From Dolosicoccus paucivorans (GTDB taxonomy: Bacteria > Bacillota > Bacilli > Lactobacillales > Aerococcaceae), in contig NZ_FNEL01000009.1 of the NCBI RefSeq assembly GCF_900100125.1, positions 6,753-30,752 on the forward strand: a DNA stretch of 24,000 nucleotides. The letters are read 5' to 3'. The notes under the pieces are model-generated. The model was not told the origin of the DNA, did not search any database, and saw nothing but the letters and a program-made list of their open reading frames with translations. The translations under genes and the position numbers were made by a program. This document shows, in pieces, positions 8,292-15,006 of this stretch. Numbering within the stretch: position 1 is the stretch's first letter; each line of letters begins with the position of its first letter.

Positions 8292-8297
8292 CTCCTT

Positions 8298-9689
8298 TTA
8301 TTTTGGAAACGCTAAATGAACCGCTTGTTTTATAGTTGAAACAGGAACAATTTGCATGGTCGTTTCAACATCTAAATCTTGAGCATTATTTTTGGGAATA
8401 AAGACACGCTTAAAGCCTAATTTTTCTAATTCACGTAAACGCTCTTCAATTTGACTGACTCGGCGAATTTCTCCCGTTAAGCCAATTTCACCAATAAAAC
8501 AATCCTCCACTTCCGTCGGACGATCCCAATAACTTGAAGCAATACTAATCGCAATAGCTAAGTCGATCGCCGGCTCATCAAGCTTTACTCCGCCCGTTGT
8601 TTTAAAAAAGGCATCTTGATTTTGCACCATGAGCCCACAATGCTTCTCCATTACTGCTAGCAATAAACTCACTCGTTGGTAGTCAATACCACTTGCGGTG
8701 CGCTTTGCATTACCAAAAACAGTGGGTGTCATTAATGATTGAATTTCTGCTAAAATGACCCGCGTTCCTTCTAATGAAGCTACGACAGTTGATCCAGTCG
8801 CTCCAGGTAAACGTTCTTCTAGGAAAAATTCGGAAGGATTAGTCACTTGAGTTAACCCGTTGTCTAACATTTCAAATACACCCAACTCATTGGTGGAACC
8901 GAAACGGTTTTTTACAGCTCGTAAAATACGAAAACGGTTATACTTTTCTCCTTCAAAATAAAGAACTGAGTCGACCATATGTTCTAACATTCGTGGTCCA
9001 GCAATATTTCCTTCTTTTGTGACATGCCCTACGATAAAAATAGCAATTTGATTATCTTTCGCTACCCGCATCAACAGTGACGTGGCTTCTCTAACTTGAG
9101 AGACACTTCCTGCGACTCCTTGGTGATCAGGAATTTGCACTGTTTGAATCGAGTCGATAATGACAATATCTGGTTCTAAACGTTCGATTTCTTTTGTTAC
9201 AACTGACAAATCTGTTCCTGCCAGTAAGTAAAAGTCATCGCTTTTAATGCCTAAACGCTCAGCGCGCATCTTAATTTGGGACGCACTTTCTTCTCCTGAG
9301 ACATATAAAACACTTTGATTTGAATTTGCTAATTGTAGCGAAACTTGTAAAAGAAGTGTCGACTTTCCAATTCCCGGATCGCCCCCTAGTAATACAAGGG
9401 ATCCCGGGACAATTCCGCCCCCTAGTACACGGTCAAATTCACTAAATCCACTGGACACTCGTGATTCGTTAATGTACTGAATGTCTTTTAATTGGAGTGC
9501 TTTATGTTCGCTCGTACCTTTTCTTGACGTCTTCACTTGTAGCGCTTGACTTCCTATCGCTTCTTGAATATCCGCGGGACGTTCTTCCATTTGGTTCCAT
9601 GCACCACAATTGGGGCAACGTCCTAACCATTGCGGGGATTCATAACCGCACGCTAAACATTCATAGACTGTTTTCCTCTTTTTAGCCAA
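8298..9689 (-). CDS. radA: DNA repair protein RadA (Sms)
   Basis: 463-aa ORF with an N-terminal zinc ribbon ([22 protein letters not shown]), a Walker A motif ([10 protein letters not shown]), the KNRFG motif and a Lon-like C-terminal domain. Confidence 0.97.
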   Translation of the reverse strand: MAKKRKTVYECLACGYESPQWLGRCPNCGAWNQMEERPADIQEAIGSQALQVKTSRKGTSEHKALQLKDIQYINESRVSSGFSEFDRVLGGGIVPGSLVLLGGDPGIGKSTLLLQVSLQLANSNQSVLYVSGEESASQIKMRAERLGIKSDDFYLLAGTDLSVVTKEIERLEPDIVIIDSIQTVQIPDHQGVAGSVSQVREATSLLMRVAKDNQIAIFIVGHVTKEGNIAGPRMLEHMVDSVLYFEGEKYNRFRILRAVKNRFGSTNELGVFEMLDNGLTQVTNPSEFFLEERLPGATGSTVVASLEGTRVILAEIQSLMTPTVFGNAKRTASGIDYQRVSLLLAVMEKHCGLMVQNQDAFFKTTGGVKLDEPAIDLAIAISIASSYWDRPTEVEDCFIGEIGLTGEIRRVSQIEERLRELEKLGFKRVFIPKNNAQDLDVETTMQIVPVSTIKQAVHLAFPK

Positions 9690-9710
9690 TCATAATCTCT
9701 ACTTTCTTTT

Positions 9711-10265
9711 TTAATCTTTTGAAGAACCGAATCCACCTGTACGTTCTAATCGTCCACCTTCATCACCATCAGCTTTTAAAAATGGTAAAAAGATACCTTG
9801 AGCGATGCGTTCACCTTTTTCGATGATGCAGTCAAAAAGACCAAAGTTGATCAATTGAACATAAATGTGTCCTTCATTATTAGGGTTATTGTAATAATCC
9901 GCATCAATAATCCCTACGCCATTGGGAAGAGCTAAAAAGCGTTTCAAAGGATTGCTAGAACGATTAGTCAGTTGTAAATATTCATCATCTTGCATATAAG
10001 CTTTAATTCCTGTCGGAACAAGAGTAGGTTTTAATAGCCCTTTAACTGTTTCATCCGTCATCTCATCTGTTTCTTGAGGAGATTTCAAAATCCATTGTTT
10101 CAATTCTTTAGCTAAATATTTAAATACTTCTTTCCAATAAGAAGGTAACACAATGGTTTCTGCCGCTTCAAAATCATACCCTGCCGCATGAATTGTCGCC
10201 CGCTGAGGAATATTGATGGATTGATTTTCATATTCTTTTATGACTTCAAATCCACGTTTTTTCAT
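9711..10265 (-). CDS. dut: dUTP diphosphatase (trimeric dUTPase family, with internal insertion)
   Basis: 184-aa ORF in which all five dUTPase motifs are recognisable: AAGYDF, NRSS, GIIDADYY, GERIAQGIF and RTGGFGSS. AAAGGTGA precedes the ATG. It lies upstream of radA, as in many Lactobacillales. Confidence 0.85.
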   Translation of the reverse strand: MKKRGFEVIKEYENQSINIPQRATIHAAGYDFEAAETIVLPSYWKEVFKYLAKELKQWILKSPQETDEMTDETVKGLLKPTLVPTGIKAYMQDDEYLQLTNRSSNPLKRFLALPNGVGIIDADYYNNPNNEGHIYVQLINFGLFDCIIEKGERIAQGIFLPFLKADGDEGGRLERTGGFGSSKD

Positions 10266-10305
10266 AAAAAATTCACCTTTCTAAACATATCATCTTCTAT
10301 TTTAT

Positions 10306-10314
10306 ATTTTACCA
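10306..10314 (-). promoter_or_regulatory. candidate extended -10 promoter for dut-radA
   Basis: The minus strand reads TGgTAAAAT (10314-10306) about 40 nt upstream of the dut ATG. The -35 element is weak. Confidence 0.35.
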
Positions 10315-10355
10315 AATGTTTGTCCGTTAGTTGTGTCTTTTGTTTGATTCTTTTA

Positions 10356-11807
10356 TTAATCTTCTTTTTCGACCCAAACGGAAACCGAACGTCCATTCGT
10401 GTAAAAGCACCCAATACCTTGGTCATTGACAGTTACTTCTTCTGGTCGATTCCCTGTCAAATCAATGTAAGTCTTACCACTATTAGCCTCACCTAGAGAC
10501 ATGTCTTTCCACCCTTCGTCGCCATTGCTCATTAAAACGGCTAACCCAGGGCCTTCTTCGTTTCCTAAACGAGTCCAACCAACACAATTAGAATGATCAA
10601 AGTAATCAACCTGTTCTCCGTAAGCATAATTCATTCGCGCTTTTAGTAAAGAGTCGATCGCTTCTTGTTGACCCTCTTGACTAAACTCACCTTCAATGCC
10701 GTAATAATCTCCGTAGAATAAGCAAGGCATACCTTCTTCCCGCAATAAAATTAAAGCGTAAGCTAAAGGTTTGAACCAAGGTCTGACAAAAGATTCTAAA
10801 GCTTGTCCTTGTTGTGAATCATGATTTTCAACAAAAGTCACTGCTGCTGTTGGAATCGCTTTGACAAGGGTGTTGTCAAAGATTTGGCGCATATCAAAAG
10901 ACCCTTCTTCAACACTAGCTGTTGAAAAGTTCATATGAAGAGGAACATCTACTAGATCATAACGACTTTCAACGTGATTAAAATAGTTTGTCAGCTCTTC
11001 AAGGTTGTTAGACCAATATTCTGCAAACACATAAAAATATTCAGGGGCATGTTCATCGACATATTTAATAAACTCATTCATAAAAGACGCATCAATATGT
11101 TTGGCCGCATCTAAACGAAAGCCGTCAACCCGTGTCGTTGTCAAAAACCATTCTACCCATTCATAAATATTTTGTTTTACTTCAGGGTGGTCAAAATCCA
11201 CATTATTAAACATTAAGTAGTCAAAGTTACCTTTTTCCGGACTGACATCTTCATTATCGGCCCATCCCTTGCCCTCGCCTAAAATTAAATAAATACCTGT
11301 TTCGTCGTTTAAAGCATCATAATCGATACCACTAAAGTGATACCAATGCCATTTCATATCATTGTATTTATTTTGACGGCCCGGAAAATCAAAGTAAGTC
11401 CAACCTTCAATTTCATAAGGCTCACTCATGGCTTCTTGGCGGTTTTCCGGATTCATTTTCATAACTCGAAACTTTTCCTTACCATCACCACTTGCTTTAT
11501 GATTTAAAACAACATCAGCAATGACTTTCAAACCCTTTTCCTGCAACGCCTTAATCGCTTCTAACAGTTCTTCTTTTGTTCCATATTTAGTTCGAATGTC
11601 GCCCTTTTGATCAAATTCACCTAAATCAAAATAATCGTAAATACCGTACCCCACATCAAAAGTGGAAGTCGCTTTATAGACTGGTGGAAGCCAAATATCT
11701 GTAATACCTATTTCTTTTAAATGATCGGCGTCTTCTTTTAGTCGCTTCCAATGTTGACCGTCATTAGGCAAATACCATTCAAAATATTGCATCATTGTTC
11801 TATTCAT
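10356..11807 (-). CDS. alpha-amylase, GH13 (Bacillus licheniformis-type), cytoplasmic
   Basis: 483-aa ORF. MQYFEWYLPNDGQHWKRL aligns with the mature N-terminus of Bacillus liquefying amylases. The GH13 regions DVVLNH, GFRLDAAKH, FAEYW and FVENHD are present. There is no signal peptide. The SD GAGG lies 7 nt before the ATG. Confidence 0.93.
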   Translation of the reverse strand: MNRTMMQYFEWYLPNDGQHWKRLKEDADHLKEIGITDIWLPPVYKATSTFDVGYGIYDYFDLGEFDQKGDIRTKYGTKEELLEAIKALQEKGLKVIADVVLNHKASGDGKEKFRVMKMNPENRQEAMSEPYEIEGWTYFDFPGRQNKYNDMKWHWYHFSGIDYDALNDETGIYLILGEGKGWADNEDVSPEKGNFDYLMFNNVDFDHPEVKQNIYEWVEWFLTTTRVDGFRLDAAKHIDASFMNEFIKYVDEHAPEYFYVFAEYWSNNLEELTNYFNHVESRYDLVDVPLHMNFSTASVEEGSFDMRQIFDNTLVKAIPTAAVTFVENHDSQQGQALESFVRPWFKPLAYALILLREEGMPCLFYGDYYGIEGEFSQEGQQEAIDSLLKARMNYAYGEQVDYFDHSNCVGWTRLGNEEGPGLAVLMSNGDEGWKDMSLGEANSGKTYIDLTGNRPEEVTVNDQGIGCFYTNGRSVSVWVEKED

Positions 11808-11900
11808 AAACTGACCTCATTTCTATTTGTATACATTAAAATAAATCGATGATACTATATACCGTTACTGGATTTAATCATTTGATAAGATAATAAATCT

Positions 11901-11947
11901 ATTATAGCAAAATCTCGTCAAAACGTTGTGACAAAAGCGTTACAACG
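11901..11947 (-). promoter_or_regulatory. candidate amylase promoter (extended -10) with overlapping operator-like palindromes
   Basis: The minus strand reads TGcTATAAT (11909-11901). Immediately upstream lies TCAAAACGTTGTGA (11918-11931), a 14-bp palindrome with 6 of 7 symmetric pairs and a central CG. A second inverted repeat, CGTTGTGAC-N6-GTTACAACG, spans 11924-11947. Confidence 0.4.
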
Positions 11948-12071
11948 AGTTAATAACTGTTTGTTTTAATAAAGTTCAACTTAATTTAGTAAGCTTATTA
12001 ATACTACAAGAAATGTTTAAATGATTTGCTTTAATTTACAACGAATCTTTTAATATTTCTTATCCATTTTA

Positions 12072-12080
12072 TGATAGAAT
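12072..12080 (+). promoter_or_regulatory. candidate extended -10 promoter for the C39-like peptidase/CDF operon
   Basis: TGaTAGAAT at 12072-12080 lies about 37 nt upstream of the TTG start at 12117. No clear -35 element was seen. Confidence 0.35.
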
Positions 12081-12116
12081 ATGCTAGTACTAAAAGTTTA
12101 AAAAGGGGGGAATGCT

Positions 12117-13016
12117 TTGAAGCGATCGATTCAACGAAATCTTTTTGCGGTTGGATTAGCGAGTCTGTTGATTTATATTAACACCTTCGCCGTTCAATCC
12201 TTACTTTCATCTAACTCATCCAATGAACCATCCACTGCTTTACAAAGCATTGAATCCACTTCTCAGCCTCCAGGAGAAACACCTGCTGTTGAAGAGGTCA
12301 AGTATACTTTAGATGACGTCTTCAAAGAACAAAAAACCAATAAAAAAAGAGCTCGTCAAATGGCGCAAGCTATTCTTAAAAACGATTATAATAATAATCT
12401 AGCTAAAGCTCAGCCAGATATCTTAAAAAGTTTAAAAAGTCATCATTTATCTGCTGATGATATGGCCTATTTATTTTTAGACGAGTCACCTTCTAAACAC
12501 GTCAACTCTTCACAACAACTCGATATTCCCCTTCTTCTACAAACAGATCCTGAATGGCGTAACTTAGAGTATGGATCAGATTCTTCTAGACAACTATGGG
12601 AAAATGGGTGCGCAATTGTCACTTTATCTATGGTTAAAGGCTACTTAGATCAATCAGAAGTGACACCAACTAACATTTTAAAATGGAGTAAACAACAATT
12701 TTATCGCCATAATGAAGGAACTTCTTGGCAAATATTTTCTGAGTTTGCAAAAGAATTTGATTACAATTACACTGATTTAGGTAATGACTTTTACACTGCA
12801 ATGGAGGAAGTTCAAGAGGGACGAGTTGTTGTCGCTTCTGTAAAACCAGGTTATTTTACAGAAATTGGTCATATTTTAGTTATTCGCGGCTATGAAGACG
12901 GCTTCGTATTTGTCAATGATCCAAACGATTCTCCCGAAAAACTGCACAGCTACCAGGGTGTTCCAGCCGAAGTTTTCTTAAACGAGGGAGTGAACTACTG
13001 GTCGTTTTCAAATTAA
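12117..13016 (+). CDS. membrane-anchored or secreted C39-like cysteine peptidase domain protein (Peptidase_C39_2-like)
   Basis: 299-aa ORF with a TTG start and the SD AAGGGGGG 6 nt upstream. It has an N-terminal hydrophobic anchor or signal (LFAVGLASLLIYINTFAV) followed by a low-complexity linker. The C-terminal domain has a QTDPEWRNLEYG...NGCAIVTLSMV motif (candidate catalytic Cys) and GHILVIRGY (candidate His). Confidence 0.75.
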   Translation: MKRSIQRNLFAVGLASLLIYINTFAVQSLLSSNSSNEPSTALQSIESTSQPPGETPAVEEVKYTLDDVFKEQKTNKKRARQMAQAILKNDYNNNLAKAQPDILKSLKSHHLSADDMAYLFLDESPSKHVNSSQQLDIPLLLQTDPEWRNLEYGSDSSRQLWENGCAIVTLSMVKGYLDQSEVTPTNILKWSKQQFYRHNEGTSWQIFSEFAKEFDYNYTDLGNDFYTAMEEVQEGRVVVASVKPGYFTEIGHILVIRGYEDGFVFVNDPNDSPEKLHSYQGVPAEVFLNEGVNYWSFSN

Positions 13017-13032
13017 TTAAGGAGGTGCTCTT

Positions 13033-13905
13033 TTGAATTGGTCTAGCTATAGAAGATCTCTTTCAGCGACTCACGGCATTTTAATTGGATTTACTGTTTA
13101 TGTTGTTCTCACTATTATCAAATTATCCGCTGGGTATATTTTCCACTCCTCAGCGCTACGAGCGGATGGATTAAATAACTTATCCGACGTATTTTCGTCA
13201 TTTGTTATCTTTCTTGCGCTCAGGCTTGCTCATCGCCCCGCAGATGATGATCATCATTTCGGGCATATAAAATTTGAGGCATTAGCTAGTTTTACTGTTT
13301 CGCTAGTTATGTTTTACATTGGTATTAGCGTAGTTAAAGAGAGTGCTCTACGCGTGTATTTTAATGATTTTCAAACAGTGGATTTAAAAAGTATTTGGAT
13401 TGGATTACTATCCATTAGTTTACTTTTTATGGCTTATCGAATTATTTCTCTGATTGCGATTCAAACCAATAGTATTGGACTTCGCGCAACAGCTAAAGAT
13501 ATGTTAAGCGACCTATTTGCTAGTGGAGGAACTATTTTAGCAACGCTTGCATCAGCCGCAGGTTATCCTATCTTAGATCCTTTAATTTCTGTGGTGATTG
13601 GATGTTTAATTATTAAAGCTGCTTACCAAATTTTTAGTGAAAGCACCTTTACTCTATCCGATGGCTTTGATCCCGATGAACTAGAAACTTATAGACAAAC
13701 TGCTTTAAAACATCCTAAAGTTTTGGCTATTCCTTCCATTAGAGCCCGTTTAGCAGGAAGTAAAGTTTATCTTGATATGACTATTGAAGTCGACGGTCAA
13801 ACGACTGTCTATGACTCTCATGATATTACAGAAGAAGTCGAGCAAATACTTATTTATACCCATCATGTGGACGACGTGGATATTCACGTTGAACCTCACG
13901 AATAA
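13033..13905 (+). CDS. cation diffusion facilitator (CDF) family transporter
   Basis: 290-aa ORF with a TTG start and AAGGAGG 7 nt upstream. It has six predicted TM segments. CDF signatures are SSALRADGLNNLSD (TM2), PADDDHHFGHIKFE and AKDMLSD (TM5), plus a C-terminal cytoplasmic domain. It starts 16 nt after the preceding gene, so the two are probably co-transcribed. Confidence 0.9.
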   Translation: MNWSSYRRSLSATHGILIGFTVYVVLTIIKLSAGYIFHSSALRADGLNNLSDVFSSFVIFLALRLAHRPADDDHHFGHIKFEALASFTVSLVMFYIGISVVKESALRVYFNDFQTVDLKSIWIGLLSISLLFMAYRIISLIAIQTNSIGLRATAKDMLSDLFASGGTILATLASAAGYPILDPLISVVIGCLIIKAAYQIFSESTFTLSDGFDPDELETYRQTALKHPKVLAIPSIRARLAGSKVYLDMTIEVDGQTTVYDSHDITEEVEQILIYTHHVDDVDIHVEPHE

Positions 13906-13968
13906 AAAAAGACTCTAATAATGAACCCTTTTTTAGAAATTAACTGGATTCATTATTAGAGTTTTTTT
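13904..13968. terminator. bidirectional rho-independent terminator between convergent genes
   Basis: A 14-bp stem pairs ACTCTAATAATGAA (13912-13925) with TTCATTATTAGAGT (13949-13962), leaving a 23-nt loop. It is flanked by an A-run on the left and a T-run on the right, so either strand yields a hairpin followed by a U-tract. It sits between the CDF stop (13905) and the stop of the minus-strand HTH gene (13967). Confidence 0.7.
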
Positions 13969-14908
13969 ACTTCCAAAATTGCCACCATTTCTTAGAAGGC
14001 TTTGAATTCGCTGTTGAAGGTTGAGTGGACTCATTAGCGTTCGATTGAGATGAAAGATTGGTCTCTTGAGTGTTAGATGAGGGATGAGGGGAGGTATCCT
14101 TTTCTTCTTGTGAATCATCTACCTTTTCCTTGTGATCTTCTTTACTATCTTGAGCGTGACTCATGTTTGAATACTCTAGACGAAGTTGAATATTTTTTTG
14201 TTGTTCAATAAGAAGCAATTGTTGTTGCTGGTCTAATAATTTTGCCAGTCGATCAATATGCAAGTCTTTCTCGTAAAGTTGTTGTTCTAACAACTTAAAA
14301 TATTGCTCCATCGTTTGTGCTGGATCATCATCTTGATCCATATATTTACGAACATATGTTCGTATAAAGTCAGTCACATTCTCATTCATTTCTGGATCAA
14401 ACGTTTCTTTGTTCTCATCTTCTGTGTTTGACTTTTCTGTTTCATGAGTCTCTTTTTGCTCAGAGTCTTTGACTTCCTCTATAATAGTTTGATTTTCAAT
14501 CGCTTTGTCATCTTTTTTCCCTTGAGAAGTGTCTTCTTCTGCCACTTCTTTTAATTCATCTTTGTCATCGAGTTCAAAGGATAATTGTTCTGGTTTGTCT
14601 ATTTGAACAGTAACTTCTTTTACTTCGATGACAGCTTCTTGACTCTCAAGACTTTCTTTACTATCTTTGTCATCTTTTTCCACTTTTACATCTTGTAAAA
14701 CATCTTCAGATTCTTTTGACTCTTGTGTTTCATCGTCTTCAAGGGTCATAAAAGATTGAAGCTTCAACTGTTGTTCTGGTGTAAAAACAAGTCGATTTGT
14801 CTCATCGTATACTTTTTCATCTTCTTTAATTTTTTTGGCATGATAATAAATCAGTTGACGAGACACCCCTAATTCGTCAGCTAATTCTTGGACACTTAAA
14901 TTTTTCAT
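13967..14908 (-). CDS. hypothetical HTH protein with an acidic disordered region and a Q-rich coiled coil (DUF536-like, from memory)
   Basis: I prefer the ATG at 14908 (MKNLSVQELADELGVSRQLIYYHAKKI..., about 313 aa), with SD AAGGAG/GGGGTG upstream. The ORF-track start at 14995 would overlap the dnaB terminator and this gene's own promoter. The protein has an N-terminal HTH and about 150 aa of E/D/K-rich low complexity. These are followed by the coiled coil LAKLLDQQQQLLLIEQQKNIQL, an S/T/N/Q-rich tail, and a C-terminal KKWWQFWK. Confidence 0.75.
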   Translation of the reverse strand: MKNLSVQELADELGVSRQLIYYHAKKIKEDEKVYDETNRLVFTPEQQLKLQSFMTLEDDETQESKESEDVLQDVKVEKDDKDSKESLESQEAVIEVKEVTVQIDKPEQLSFELDDKDELKEVAEEDTSQGKKDDKAIENQTIIEEVKDSEQKETHETEKSNTEDENKETFDPEMNENVTDFIRTYVRKYMDQDDDPAQTMEQYFKLLEQQLYEKDLHIDRLAKLLDQQQQLLLIEQQKNIQLRLEYSNMSHAQDSKEDHKEKVDDSQEEKDTSPHPSSNTQETNLSSQSNANESTQPSTANSKPSKKWWQFWK

Positions 14909-14935
14909 GTAAAACACCCCGCTCCTTACTTTCTC

Positions 14936-14963
14936 ATTATACCTTATTTTTATTTTTTTACAA
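14936..14963 (-). promoter_or_regulatory. candidate sigma-A promoter for the HTH orphan gene
   Basis: The minus strand reads TTGTAA (14963-14958), a 16-nt spacer, then TATAAT (14941-14936). It lies directly after the dnaB terminator and about 28 nt before the ATG at 14908. Confidence 0.55.
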
Positions 14964-14972
14964 TTGTAAAAC

Positions 14973-15003
14973 AAAACCCTTTGACAAAGTGTCAAAGGGT
15001 TTT
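14973..15003 (-). terminator. rho-independent terminator after dnaB
   Basis: A perfect 13-bp stem, AAAACCCTTTGAC / GTCAAAGGGTTTT (14973-14985 and 14991-15003), closes a 5-nt loop. On the minus strand it is followed by GTTTTAC. It starts 3 nt after the dnaB stop. Confidence 0.8.
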
Positions 15004-15006
15004 ACA

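Noticed and set aside
11918-11947. I considered a CcpA cre site in the amylase promoter.
   Set aside because: The dyad deviates from TGWAANCGNTNWCA at the highly conserved positions 2 and 13. The second candidate, TGACAAAAGCGTTACA, is 16 nt long rather than 14. I report the region only as an operator-like palindrome of unknown regulator.
13912-13962. I considered the long hairpin with a 23-nt loop as a possible sRNA or riboswitch.
   Set aside because: It sits exactly between two convergent stop codons and has an A-run on one side and a T-run on the other. A bidirectional terminator explains it fully.
14909-14995. The ORF track extends the HTH orphan N-terminally (MTLCQRVLFYNCKKIKIRYNEKVRSGVFY...).
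   Set aside because: The extension would run through the gene's own TTGTAA-16-TATAAT promoter and into the dnaB terminator stem. The ATG at 14908 has an SD and begins directly with the HTH.
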